The notes beneath the pieces are model-generated. The model worked only from the letters and a program-made list of their open reading frames with translations. It was not told where the DNA came from and did not search any database. Below, piece after piece: positions 37,752 through 50,654 of a DNA stretch of 64,000 nt; the stretch's first letter is position 1; each line of letters starts with the position of its first letter. Source of the DNA: Heptranchias perlo (lineage: Eukaryota); NCBI RefSeq assembly GCF_035084215.1, contig NW_027139581.1:496001-560000 (forward strand), given 5' to 3'. Both the position numbers and the translations under genes were made by a program.

Positions 37752-39179
37752 CTACGGGGATGGAGAGGAGGAAATATATTCAGATCGTTTATTAAACCAG
37801 GATATATTATTATTATTAGTTTATTTCTTTCCTTACTGTATTATTTTGATCTCTAATTTAATTTCCAAGTTGTATATTTTGTTCAGTTAATCCCGCTCAG
37901 TAATCTGTCTCTGTTCCTAACTTCACAACCTCGCTTCCTTTATGATCCTCATACATTCCGTGTTGGTAAAGGTGATTTTTTTTTTCTTAAATGTCAGACA
38001 CTAATGTATTTTCAATCGATTTCGTCGACCTTTCATTCGGGGATATTATGGTGAGATATCGAGGGAGGTTCAGTGATTTATGTCGATTATTTTATCGATA
38101 GGTTTCGATAACTCCTATTTGACGGCTGGCATGGTGCAGGGTAAGAGATCGAATGTTAGTTCCAATCTTGGTCGTTTATTTGTGATGGAAATACTTTGAA
38201 GATTATCTATCTGGATCAGTTTCCAACTGAGATCATTGCTTCAGTGCATGTATACGACCGGAATAGGGAGCAGGAAGATGTTATGGTATCAAAGTTTCTC
38301 AGAATACCAAGAACTGGGTTTTAGAAAATCAGTCCATTTAGTATATTTTTAACGATCAGTTGAGTGAGATTAGTTAATTTTCCCACTTCAGGATATGAAC
38401 GTGGCTTTTCCCGGCTGTCAGAAATTCTGACCGCTCTGGGCACGGCCTGTGACAATGAACGACCACCTGCTCTGGAATATTGATCTCCAGCGGTTTCTAA
38501 TGTGCTCTGTTTCAGGGACAAAGTGTGGGTGCAATCGTTATCACCTCAAAGACGAGGTCAATGTAGTTTAGATTATTGACGCCACACCTCTCATCTCAAG
38601 TTTAGTCAGGCAATGTTTTCTCAATCCCCCTGAATAGATATTTTTATTCCTAAATATTTATTTAATACGTTGATTTATTTGATGTAAAGCGACGTTTATA
38701 TTTGCAGACCATGTGGTTCAGTTATTTAGAAACTGACTGCCCGCTGGTCCCGGGGGTTCGTGTACAACAGAAGGGCAGTGTCTGTCTCTCTTTCATGAGG
38801 ACAGGAGAGATGGTCTGTGCCGACCAATGCCCTTCCGTCACTACTGCCTGGATTCAATGCAGTGAAGATAGAAATCCAACATTTAATTGGATAGAAATTA
38901 CCCACTGAATGTTGCTTTAATGGTCTTCTGTTAAATTAGTGGGAGTGGCCTCACACTAGTTCCCAACGGGCATCATCTAACAGCGCAAAACTGGCTTCAA
39001 TCGGAAGAAATCGGTGCAATGACGAAGAGAAGCCGCAATGTATTGTTTTTGTGGGAATTGGAAACAGCCATTGTGTTGTGTTTGGAAGCGGTTTTCTTAT
39101 GTTCGGGTTAAGGGGTCTGGTAGTGGAAGCACCTTTAGTCTGCATTTAGCTTGTGCTGTGAATAAGCTGGAAGGGCGGA

Positions 39180-39560
39180 ATATAGAAGGTTTAGGGGTGA
39201 TTTGAATGAGATTTTAAAGATTTTGAAAGGAATTGATAGGGTAGATAGAGAGAAGAATTTCCCGCTGGCGGGGGAGTCTAGGACAAGGGGACATAACCTT
39301 AAAATCAGAGCCAGGCCATTCAGGAGAGAAGTTCGGAAACATTTCTTCACACACCGGGTGGGAGAAGTGTGGAACTCTCTCCCACAAAAAGCAGTCGATG
39401 CTCAATTAATAATTTTAAAGCTGATTTATTTTTGCTAACCAAGGGTATTAAGGGATCTGGAGCCAAGGCGGGTGGATGGAGTTAGGATACAGATCAGCCA
39501 TGATCTCAATGAATGGCGGAACAGGCTCGAAGGGCTGAATGGCCTCCGCCTGTTCTTGCG
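39180..39560 (+). mobile_element. CR1 LINE 3' end
   Basis: ESRTRGHNLKIRARPFRREVRKHFFTHRV..WNSLP. Confidence 0.85.
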
Positions 39561-39669
39561 TTCCAACGGAATGTTGGTGCATTGGGGCTCCAAAGGGAAC
39601 ATATCCTGCTCCTGACCAACAAAAATAATTCAATTCCCATACATTTGACTCGTTAACAGAAAAAGGGTC

Positions 39670-39675
39670 TTTATT
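39670..39675 (-). promoter_or_regulatory. Polyadenylation signal of the secretory IgM transcript
   Basis: AATAAA 33 bp downstream of the secretory-tail stop codon. Confidence 0.75.
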
Positions 39676-39708
39676 TGCTTTTAATTAAGGAATGGAAATG
39701 AGATAATC

Positions 39709-40100
39709 TCATTGACAAGAATTCACGGTGTCCATCAGTACAAGGGAAATGTTCACAAAACTCGGTTTACCGCTCGATTTATTAACCGTTCTGCTCATTA
39801 TCTTCAAGGGAATGGCTTCATGTCCGACCACACAGGAGTAAGAAGCACCGCTGGTCCAATCCTCCGTCTTAATGGATAACATGCTGTACATGAAGAAGGA
39901 GCTACTGTCGTTCTCCGCCATCACCTCAGTGTTCTTGTAGCCGCTGGAATTCAGCGTCTTGTTATTAACGGTCCACTTGACAAAGATCTCTCTGGGAGAG
40001 AAACCTCTCACTAAGCAGGTGAGGGTCATAGACCGCTGAGCGGAGATTTCTTCTGCTAACGGGAGGAGGACAAACACAGACGGTTCCTGTGGATTTGGAT
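39709..40100 (-). CDS. IGHM: IgM Cmu4 exon with secretory tailpiece ([20 protein letters not shown]); internal donor at 39771/39770 splices to TM1
   Basis: Acceptor ttttttctgcag; [17 protein letters not shown]...[13 protein letters not shown]; tailpiece with NxS sequon and penultimate Cys; cryptic G|GTAAAC donor. Confidence 0.97.
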
Positions 40101-40469
40101 CTGCAGAAAAAAATGTTTGGATATTAATAAGTGAGAGGCGATCATAGAGGGAATAAAGCGCAGCTTTAGGTTGTGAAGATTCACTTTGCACTCCGAGATA
40201 TCGTCCCCTTGCCTAATTTTAAAAACTCTGTTTGTTGCTTTGTGCACGAGTCACTTAAGGTGACATCTCTCCTCTCCTCTACGTGCCTTGAGAAGGCCAT
40301 CGTTTGAGAAATGTAACTGAGTGGCTTGTCGATAATTTGAGAGGACAACTCCATCGTCCCGGAGCAAAGCCACATGTAGCGAAGATCGCATAGGGGTGAT
40401 AGCCTCCCTTCGGATATGGACAGTAAAAGGACAATGGAAAAGAGTTCGGATTTTTAACGGTCAGTTCAG

Positions 40470-43400
40470 GAACATAGGAACAGAAGGAGGCCATTCAGGC
40501 CCTCGAGCCTGTTCCGTCATTCAATTATAACATGGCTGATCTGTGTCTCAACTGCATTTACCCGCTTGGTTCCATATCTCTCAATACCCTTTATTACAGT
40601 ATCATAATATGGTACAGCACAGAAGGAGGCCATTCGGCCCAACGTACCTATTCCGGCTCTTTGAAAGTGCTATCCAATTATTCCCATTACCCTGCTCTTT
40701 CCCGATAGCTGTCCAATTCTTTCCCTTCAAGTATTAACCAATTCCGTTTTGAAAGTTACTATTGAATCTGCTTCCACCACCGTTTCAGGCAGAACATTCA
40801 GATCATTACATCTCGCTGCGTAAAAAATGTTTCCTCATGTCGCCTCTGGCTCTTTTGCCAACCACTTTAAATCTGTGTCCTCTGGTTACCGAACCTTCTG
40901 CCACTGGAAACAGTTTCTCCTTATTTACCTGATCAAAACCCTTCATGATTTTGAACACCTCCATAACATCTCCCCTTAACATTCTCTGTTCTAAGGAGAA
41001 CAATCCCGGCTTCTCCAGTCTCCAAATAACTGAAATCTCTCATCCCTGCTGCCATTCTAGTAAATCTCGTCTGCACCCTCTCTAAGGCCTTGACATCCTT
41101 TCTAAAGTATGGTGCCAAGAATTGAACACAATACTCCAGCTGAAACCTAACCAATGATTTATAAAGATTTAGCGTAACTTATTTGCTTCTGTGCTCTGTG
41201 CCTCTATTACAAAAGCCGAGGATCGCATATGGTTTATTAACAGCATTCTCAACTTCTCCTTCCACCTTCAAAGATTTCTGTACGTACACTGCCAGGTCTC
41301 TCTGTTCCTGCACTCCCTTTAAAATTCTACCATTTAGTTTATATTGTGTCTCTTCATTCTTCCTCCCAAAGAATGCATCACTTCATACTTCTCTGCGTTA
41401 AATTACATCTGCCATGTCTCTGCACATTTCACCAGTTTGTCTATGTCCTCCGAAAGTTAGTTACTATCCTTCACATTATTTACATTTCCGAGTTTCGTGT
41501 CTTCAGCAAACTTTGTAATTGTACCCAGTATACCCAAGTCCATGTCAGGCTGATTCCTGGAGAACACCACTCTATACTTCCCTCCAGTCTGAGAAACTAT
41601 CGTTCAACACTACTCTTTGCTTTCTGTCCCTTAGCGACAAAGGAAAGAAAAGTGGATGAGTTCCTGCGGTCAGTGTTTCAGGAGCGAGGGAGGAAGTTGA
41701 AAAGCAAGACCTCAAAGGTAGTAATCTCTGGATTACTCCCAGTGCCACCCGCTGGTGAGTGCAGAAATTGGAAGATAAGGCAGGTTAATTCGTGGCTGCA
41801 GACATGGCGCAGGATGGATGGCTTCAGAGTCTTGGGGCAGTGGGACCAGTTTTGGGATCGGAGTGCAAGGGTGGTGGAAGCAGATTCAATCGTGGCTTTT
41901 AAAAAGGAATTGGACAAATACTTCAAGGGAAAAAATTGCACTGATACTGGGCAAGCGTGGGGAAATGTGACGAACTGGATTGCTCTTATAATGAGCCGGC
42001 AGGGGCACGATGGGCCGAATGGCTTCCATCTGAGCTGGAAACATTCTATGATTAGCCAATTTTGTATCCACGCTGCCGCTGTACCTTTAATCCCCGGGGG
42101 CTTTAATTTCGCTTACAAGTCTATTATGTGGTACTTATCAAGTGCCTTTTGAAAGTCCATATACACAACATCAACCACATTACACTCATTAACCCTTCCC
42201 GTTGCTTCATCAAAGAGCTCAATCAAGTTATCAAACACGATTTTCCTTTAACAAATCCGTGCTGACTTTCATTTACGAGCCGACAATTTTCCAAGTGACA
42301 ATTAATTTTGTCCCGGATTATTCTCTCTAAAAGTTTCCCCACCACCGACATTCGGCTGACTGGTCTGTAACTGCCGGGTTTACCTTTTTGAACAATTCTG
42401 TAACATTTGCAATCCTCCAGTCCTCTGGTGCCATCCCCATATCTAAGGGGGATTGGAAATTGTGGTGAGAGCCTCCGTAATTTCCACCCTTACTTCCCTC
42501 AGTAACCGAGGCTGCATCCCATCTGGACCGGGTGACTTTTCTACTTTGAGTACTGCTAATCTTTTAAGTACCTCGTCTATCTATTTTTATCCTATCCCAT
42601 ATCGCTACTGACCCCTCTTTTACTGTTACAGTGGCAGCATCCTTTTCTCTAGTGAAGGCCAATGCGGTGCATTCATTTAGTACCTCAGCCCTGCCCTCTT
42701 CCTCCAGATGAAGATCTCTTTTTTTGTCCCCAATCGGTCCCACCCTTCGTTTCACTGCCCTTTTACAATTTACATCTTCATAAAAGACTTTTGGTTTCCC
42801 TTTTGTGCTGGCCGCTAATCTATTCTCATATTCTCTTTGCCGCTCTTATTTCCTTTTTAAATCTCCTCTGTACTTTCTGTATTCAACTTAGTCCTAAACT
42901 GTATTCTGTGCCTTACATTTGTCATAAGCCTCCTTTTTCTGTTTCATTGTAATCTCTATACCTTTAGTCATCAAATGAGCTCGAGTTTTGGATGCCCTTC
43001 CTTTCCCCCTCGTGGGACGGGATGTGAACCATTTCCTCCTTGAAGGCCTCCCATTGTTCAATTACTATTTTGCAAACCAATCTTTGATTCCTATCCACCA
43101 GGACTCAGATCCCTTTTTAACTCACTGAAATTAGTCCTCCTCCAGTTAATTTTTTTCACATTAGATTGTTCCTTGTCCTTTTCAACGACTTTTCTCAATC
43201 TCATGATATTATGATCACTGTTCCCCAAATGCTCCCCCACTGAATCATGCTTCACTTGCCCCACTTCATTCCCAGAACTAGATCCAGCATTGCTTCCTTC
43301 CCCGCTGGGCTGGAAACACATTGTTCAACAAAGTTCTCTTGTACACATTTCAGGAATTCCTTCCCCTCTTTGCCCGATACATTGTTGCTGTCCCAGCCTA

Positions 43401-44430
43401 TATTGGGATAATGGAAGGCCCCCCATTATCACTAATCTATCGTTCTTGCATCTTTCCGTAATTTGCCTGCAAATTTGTTCCTGTATCTCCTTCCCATTAT
43501 CTGGTGGCCTATCGTACACACCCAGTAGTGTAATAGCTCCTCCATTGTTCTTTAATTTTAACCAAATGGATTTTGTCTTTGACACCCCCTCACCTTCATC
43601 ATCACTTTCCAGTGCTATAATAGTTTAATTGATCAATACTGCCATAACTCCTTTCTTTCCTTCACTATCTTTCCTGAATACAGTGTAGACAGGAATATAA
43701 AGTACCCATTCCCCCCAACCTTTGAGCCATATCTCTGCCATTGCCTCTATATCACAGTCCCATGTGGCGACTTGAGCCTGCAGCTCACCAACCTTATTTA
43801 CCACGCCACGTGCATTTACACACATGCACTCCAAGCTCATCTTAGACTGCCTAATTTCCCCCTGTCTGATCCCTCCTATTTCTGAAGTACTCTTTGCTCA
43901 AGTGCTATTTGTCCCTCCCAGTCCTCTGTGCACCTTGCTTCTTCTCTATAATGTTTCATCCTGGTGCCCACCCTATTGCCAAATTTGTTTAAACCCTCGC
44001 CCATAGCAGCAGTTAACTTCCCAGCTCTGTTGAGGTGCAACCCGTCCATCTTGAACAGATCCATCCTGCTCCACAACTGCTCCCTATGCCCCAGGTATCT
44101 GAAACCCACCCTCCTGCACCATTTCTCCAGCCATGCATTAGCCTGTCTTATTCGGCTAGTCCTATACTCACTAGCGTTTGGCACTGGGAGTAATCCAGAT
44201 TTTGCTAACTTTGAGGTGCTGCTTTATAACATCCTCCCTAGCTCCTGAAACTCTGACTGCAGGACCTTTTCCTTCCTATGTCATCGGTTCCCACATGGAC
44301 CACGATTTCTGGCTGTTCCCCTTCCCTCCTCAAAAGGTCCCGCATCTCTCAATGTTGTCCTTTACCCTGGCACCAGGGAGACAACACACATACAGGACTC
44401 ATGTCGGCCCTTGCAGAAACGCCGGTCTAT
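40470..44430 (-). mobile_element. Long degenerate CR1 element (ORF1 esterase-like part, ORF2 endonuclease and RT, 3' end) with nested fragments
   Basis: 43876..44184 IRQANAWLEKWCRRVGFRYL...DGLHLN (SGNH-esterase ORF1); 43625 CVNARGVVNKVGEL; 43325 LLGVYDRPP; 43091 HLGNSDHN; 40933 QLEYCVQF; a plus-strand ORF1 fragment is inserted at ~41640-42050. Confidence 0.8.
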
Positions 44431-44439
44431 CTCCCTGAA

Positions 44440-46670
44440 CACAAGAACATAAGAACATAAGAAATACGAGCAGGAGTAGGCCATACGGCCCCCCGAACCT
44501 GCTCCACCATTCAATAAGATCATGGCTGATGTTCAACCTCAACTCCACTTTCCAGCCCGATCCCCATATCACTTGATTCATAGAAACATCGAAAATAGGA
44601 GCAAAAGTAGGCCATTCGGCCCTTCGGGCCTGCTCTGCCATTCAAAATGATCATAGCCGATCGTCTAACTCAGTGCCCTGTTCCCGCTTTATCCCCATAT
44701 ACCTTGATCCCTTTAACATTAACAAATATATCTATCTCCTTCTGGAATACATCTAATGACTTGGCCTCTACTGCCTTCTGTGGTAGAGAATTCCACAGGT
44801 TCACCACCCTCTGATTTAAGAAATTTCTCCTCATCTCAGTTATAAATGGCATACGCCGTATCCTGAGTCTGTGACCCCTGGTTCTGGACTCCCCAGCCAT
44901 CGGGAACATCCTCCCTGCATCTAGTCTGTTTAGTCCTGTTAGAATTTTACATGTTTCGATGAGATCGTCTCTCTTCTTCTAAACTCCAGTGAATATAGGC
45001 CTAGTCGTTCCAATCCCTCCTCATACGTCAATCCTGCCATCCCAGGAATCAGTCTGGTATACCTTCGTTGCACTCCCTCCATGGGAAGGACATCCTTCCT
45101 CAGATAAGGAGACCAATACTGCACACAATACTCCAGACGTGGTCTCACCAAGGCCCTGCAAACTACAGTAAGATATCCCTGCTCCTCTACTCAAATCCTC
45201 TTGCAATGAAGGCCAACATGCCATTCGCCTTCCCAATTGTTCGCTGCACCTGAATGCTCTCTTTCAGCGACTGGTGTACAAGGACACACAGGTCTCGTTG
45301 CACCTCCCCTTTACCCAAACTATCACCATTCAGATAATAATCTGTCTTTCTGTTTTTACAACCAATGTTGATAATCTCACATTTATCCACGTTATACTGC
45401 ATCCGCCATGTTCTTGCCCACTCACCCAACTTGTCGAAATCACTCTTTGCATCCTCCTCAAAGCTCACATTCCACCCCAGCTTTGTATTGTCTGCAAACT
45501 TGGAAATGTTACATTTAGTTCCCTCATCCAAATCATTGATATATATTGTGAATAGCTGGGGTCCAAGCACTGTTCCCTGCGATACCCCACTAGTCACCGC
45601 CTGGCACCCGGAAAAAGACCCGTTCATTCCTATTGTCTGCTTCCTATCAGTCAAACAATTCTCAATCCATGCCAATATGTTCCCCCCAATCCCATGTGCT
45701 TTAATTTTGCACACTAACCTCTTGTGTGGCACATTATCAAAAGCCTTCGGAAAATCCAAATACACCACATCTACTGGTTCTCCGTGATCTATTCTACCAG
45801 TTACATCCTCAAAAAACTCCAGAAGATTTCTTAAGCATGATTTTGCTTTCATAAACCCATGCTGACTTTGTCCAATCCCGCTAATGCCTTCCAAGTGTTC
45901 TGTTATCACATCTTTTATAATAGACGATCGCATTTTCCCCACTATTGATGTTAGGCTAACTGGTCTGTAATTCCCTGTTTTTCTCTCCCTCCTGCTTTAA
46001 ATAGTTGGGTTACATTTGCCACCCTCCAACTGTAGGAACTGTTCCAGAGTCTATAGAATTTTGGAAGATGATCACAAATGCATCCACTATTTCCAGGGCC
46101 ACTTCCTTTAGTACTCTGGGATGTAGATTATCAGACCCTGGGGATTTGTCAGCCGATAGCCCCATTAATTTCCCGAGTACTATTTTTTTTACTAATAATT
46201 CCGCTGGAGTCCAAAAATCTGTCCATCTCAGCCTTGAATATATTCAACGACTCAGCATCCACATCCCTATGGGGTAGAGAATTCCACAGATTCACAACCC
46301 TCTGAGTGAAGAAATTCCTCCTCACCTCAGTCTTAAATGGCCACCCCTTATCCTTTGACTATGCCACTTATTTCTAGACTCTCCAAGCCGGGCAAACAAC
46401 CTTTCAGCATCTACCCTGTCAAGCCCCCTCAGAATCTTGTATGTTTCAATGAGATCACCTCTCATTCTTCTTATCTCCAGAGAGTACAGGGTCATTATAC
46501 TCAATCTCTCCTCACAGGACAACCCTCTCCTCCCAGGAATCAATCTAGTGAATCTTCTTTGCACCGCATCAAAGGCAAGTATATCCTTCCTCAGATAAGC
46601 AGACCGAAACTGTACGCAATACTCCAGGTGAGGTCTCAACAAAGCCCTGTACAATTTTAGTAAGACTATT
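44440..46670 (-). mobile_element. Stacked CR1 copies (RT to 3' end)
   Basis: ORF 45187..45942 SQHGFMKAKSCL, DVVYLDFPKAFD, SGVSQGTVLGPQLF, KFADNTKL; further 3' ends at 44440-44580 and 46200-46670. Confidence 0.9.
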
Positions 46671-47627
46671 GAACCCCCGATAGCAACTGCATTTCTTTCG
46701 CTCGCTGTTCAGCCGAGTCTCCCATGGTGCAGTGGATTTGCTCCGGATTGCACGTAATCCAGCAACAAACTGTTAATCTCAGTTTTGAAATTTCCAATTG
46801 ACCTCCAGCCTCACCAGCTTTTTGGGGAGAGAGTTCCAGATTCCCACTGCCGTTTGTATGAAGAAATGTTCCCTCGCATCACCCCTGAACGACCGAGCTC
46901 TAATATTAAGGTTATGGCCCCTTGTTCTGGACTCCCTCAGTTTCTCCGGTGTCAGCCAGCGAATTTACAGGATTATTGAGTTCAATTTCGCTACTTGCCG
47001 TGGTGGGGGTAAAAGAGTTTCCTCTAATCCAAGCTCTGCAGAGGGGACCGAGAAGTGAGAAAAGCCTTTCGTTCGGAATAAAAGAGTTTCCTCTCCATTT
47101 TGTCCATTTACCAACTTTATTGTTTATTCATTCCCGGGATGTGGGCGCCTCTCGTACGGTCGGCTTTTATTGCCCATCCATAGTTGTCCTTGTGAAAGTG
47201 ATGGTGAGCCTTCTGCTTGGCCCGCTACAGTCCGTATAGTGAAGGTACTCCCACAGTGCTGTTAGGAGGGAGCTCCGGAAATTTGAATGGGACAATGAAG
47301 GAATGGCGATACATGCCCAAATCGGGATGAGTTGTGATTTTAAGGAGAACTTGGAGGCGATGGTGTTCCCATGCACCTGTTGGTCGGGGCCGCGGGTTTG
47401 GGAGGTGCTGCCAAAGAAGCCTGCACGAGTTGCTGCAGTGTATCATGTAGATGGTACACACTGCAACCACAGTGAGCCGGTGGTGGAGGGAATGGATGTT
47501 TCAGGTGGTGGATGGACTAAACTATGCCATGGGGATAGACTATGCATATATTTAATGAATAGAAGTCATGTACACGCACTGAGAAGATTCACAATGTGGC
47601 ACTTGTTGCTGCAACCTCACTGCTCAC

Positions 47628-47936
47628 CTCGTTCCTTGTGTATGGACGCTCTTTTAGGAGTTGGAAGATCCTGATGGCTCACCACGCAATAGAACGTATC
47701 CCCACTCAGCCACGCTTGTGTCGAGATGTCTACTTTGCTGATCAGGCTGTCGGAGCCCTCGCCAGGTTGGACGGCAATCTCTGATTTTAAAGGCTGCTGT
47801 TCTCTGGTCCAGGACACGTTGACCCCATTCGGAGCATCAGACACGACACAGGTCAAAGTCACCGTCGCCTCCAGTAAAACCTGTTCTTGTGATGGTGGCA
47901 GAATAGTGACTTCTGGTTCACCGGGTGGAGGACAAT
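47628..47936 (-). CDS. IGHM: IgM Cmu3 exon
   Basis: Acceptor cctctcacag, donor G|gtgagc; [31 protein letters not shown]...[13 protein letters not shown] matches shark Cmu3. Confidence 0.97.
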
Positions 47937-48364
47937 CTGTGAGAGGAAAATAAATGTGAATTGATGCATTCTCTGGAGAATTGTGATGCGAAAGTTCAGC
48001 CTTTATTTGATTAAAGACAAGGGGAGTCATTTTAACTTTGGGCGATATGGGCTCAGCCTCCCATTATACAGTGCGCCTGATTTTCCGTGCTATTAATCAG
48101 GAATGTGACCATTGGTGATTTCCCCATTCCCTGGAACAGTTGTGTTGAAGCACAGCTCTGACGCTCTCCATGCACACCGCCTGATGTCGGCTCACTGAGA
48201 ACTAAACTGGGACCAGGATCGCAGACTGATCCGATGACATGGCCGCAGAGGAATTCCTTCTGGGGCGAGGCTCTGGAACGTCTGCAGTGCTCACTGAACT
48301 GTAACAGAGGCACAGAGAGTCAGGCCGTCCAGGAGAAGGAAGCAAGTAACTAGATACTCGGTAA

Positions 48365-48800
48365 AGAAAAAAAGAACTTGCATTTATCCAGCGCTTTTCA
48401 TCACCTCAGGACGTCCCAGAGCGCTTTACAGAAAAAAAACTACTTTTGACGTGTGGTCACTGTTGAAATGTTGGAAACTCAGCTATCAATTTGCTCACAG
48501 CAAGCTTCCACCAACAGCAATGTGATAATGACCGGGTAATCTCTTTTAGTGATGTTGGTTGAGGGATAAATATTGGCCAGGACACAGGGGAGAACTCCAT
48601 TGCTTGTCTTCTAGATATTGCTGTGTGATCTTTAAGGTCCACCTGAGAGGGCAGATCGGGGCCTCGGTTTAACGTCTCACCAAGATGGCCCCTCCCATAG
48701 TGCAGCGCTCCATCAGTCCTGCACTGGGAGTGTCAGCATAGATTTTATGCTCAAGTCTCTGGAGTGGGATTGAACCCACGACCTTCTGACTCAGAGACGC
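48365..48800 (-). mobile_element. tRNA-derived SINE with L2-type tail (SacSINE/DeuSINE-like)
   Basis: B-box-like head (plus strand gtgggattgaacccacgaccttctgactcagag) and tail aacttgcatttatccagcgc shared with the L2 3' ends in this window. Confidence 0.75.
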
Positions 48801-48955
48801 TCAATAACATCAATGATATGTTCCTAATAATTGGTGAAAGAAGTTATCAGTCCCCCCACACACCCTCACCCCCACCCCACGGAACACTGGCTGTAAATGT
48901 CAGTAGAATTTGGCACTTAGATGCATCTGGCCTCAGCTCACGGTTTGCCTCTTAC

Positions 48956-49273
48956 CTGGAGAACTGGTGATATTTTTGCTCTGGATGCTCTTGCTCGCTT
49001 TGTGAGTGACGGAGCAGGTGTATACCGCACCGTTGAACCATTCCCTGGAGGTGATTTCCAGCCGACTACTGACGCTGAAGTTGCCGTTCTCTTCACAGGG
49101 TGGAGAGGTGAAGAACCCGGACTTCACGGGCAATCCGCCCTTCAGCCACTGCACTTCGATGGGTTTTGGTCGGAATCCGGATATTAAACACACGGCCGTT
49201 ACATGTTTGCTGGATAAGATTTCCTGAGGTGAACTTTGCGTGAGGATAACAGTTGGAGGGACCGCACGCAATC
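48956..49273 (-). CDS. IGHM: IgM Cmu2 exon
   Basis: Acceptor cccacaatag, donor G|gtaaga; PPTVILTQSS..TAVCLISGFRPKPIEVQWLK...NGNFSVSSRL...YTCSVTH. Confidence 0.96.
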
Positions 49274-49387
49274 CTATTGTGGGAATTCAAGGAAAAAAGG
49301 TGATTTCACATTTTAAAATTAAATAATTCTGTATTGGAAAATTCTGTTATCTTTTCACATCTTGGTCGCCATCGAGCTCACACTAAC

Positions 49388-49696
49388 CTGGAATGGACAG
49401 CGTCACTGTCTCCCAGGCAGATCCGCTGTGCCGAACAACGCAGTAGACTTTGCTGCTCTCCATCTCTGACTCGGGGATCGTTAACTGGCTGCTCAGGGTG
49501 TAGGTTCCCTTCTTGTTGAACACTGACGGGTAGGTCATGAATCCACTGGTGATGCTTTGGTCATTTTTGGTCCAGGAAAGGATGGCTTTTTCGGGGGAAT
49601 AGTTCATCGCCAAGCACCCGACCGTCACCAAACCTTCAGTATTGGGTTCTCCACAGGACGATAGCAGGGCGAAGAGTGTCGGAGCAGACGGTTCAG
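49388..49696 (-). CDS. IGHM: IgM Cmu1 exon
   Basis: Acceptor cctctttcacag, donor G|gttagt; PSAPTLFALLSSC..GCLAMNYSP...TYPSVFNKKGTYTLSSQLTI...VYC matches shark Cmu1. Confidence 0.96.
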
Positions 49697-50654
49697 CTGT
49701 GAAAGAGGAACAAATTGAACACAAAAGTGAAACTCCGCCATCACATTTACATGAAACGCCCGCATGTTTTGAATATCCGCCAGAATCTGCACCAATTGCA
49801 TCATTTGAGGATCACAAACAACAATGAAAAGTGAGCCTCTGCTGATTGTGAGGCCTGACTTGAAATGGGCTCACCGAACCCCAGTCTGGTACATCCGAAA
49901 GTCCGGAGACAGGAAAGTCCATTCGGTCCATCAAGCTCCATTCAACCAGACTCAGTACAAGGAAATTGTATCATTGACTTCGCCCAACTCCTTGTCGCCA
50001 CTCCAATAACGAGCACATATTCTCTCCCCTCCCTGTTCTCAAATAAAGTTCAGGCAAAAATATTAATATCACAGGTCTGGAAATTCTCCCAGGCTACTCC
50101 CTGTAAACGGAGTTTCCACTCTACTTCCCACGAAGCCTCGCAGGCGGAGCGGGAGCAGCTCTGACGAATTTCTCGGCATATAAGTCTGAATATCCATCGA
50201 GGCCAAGAGGGGGCTAGATAAAAAATCGGGCGTATACGTTTAGAGGAACTGTTAGCAGCAGGGATGGAAAGTTGGTTGGTGGACAGGAAACACAGAGAAA
50301 CGGTTAACGTGTCCTTCAGATTGGAGAACGGCTGGAAAGTGAAGTCCTCCTGGTGTCAGTATTCGGGGCACTTCTGTTTACATACATTCGATGGTTTACA
50401 CTTGGCAACAGGGAATAGAATCTCGAAAGTTGCGAAACCACAAAAAAGTACATGATTTGGCAAGCAGCGAGGAGGAATGTAAAAATCTTCATGAAGACAG
50501 AGGCAGGATAGGAGAATGGGCGGGCATGTGACAGATATAATTTAGTAAGTGTGCGGAATGTGGGACTGTATACTCAGGGATATGAAACTAAGTGTTCGGA
50601 TATGCAAACAGATCTAAAGTGCGAATATATAATTCTTTAAAATGCGATTGTACA

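Noticed and set aside
37555-37890. 111-aa plus-strand ORF
   Set aside because: Antisense shadow of the IgM TM1 exon
37476-49696. IgW or IgNAR assignment for the constant region
   Set aside because: There are exactly four C exons with mu-type motifs and a mu tailpiece; no extra C exons were found between Cmu4 and TM1
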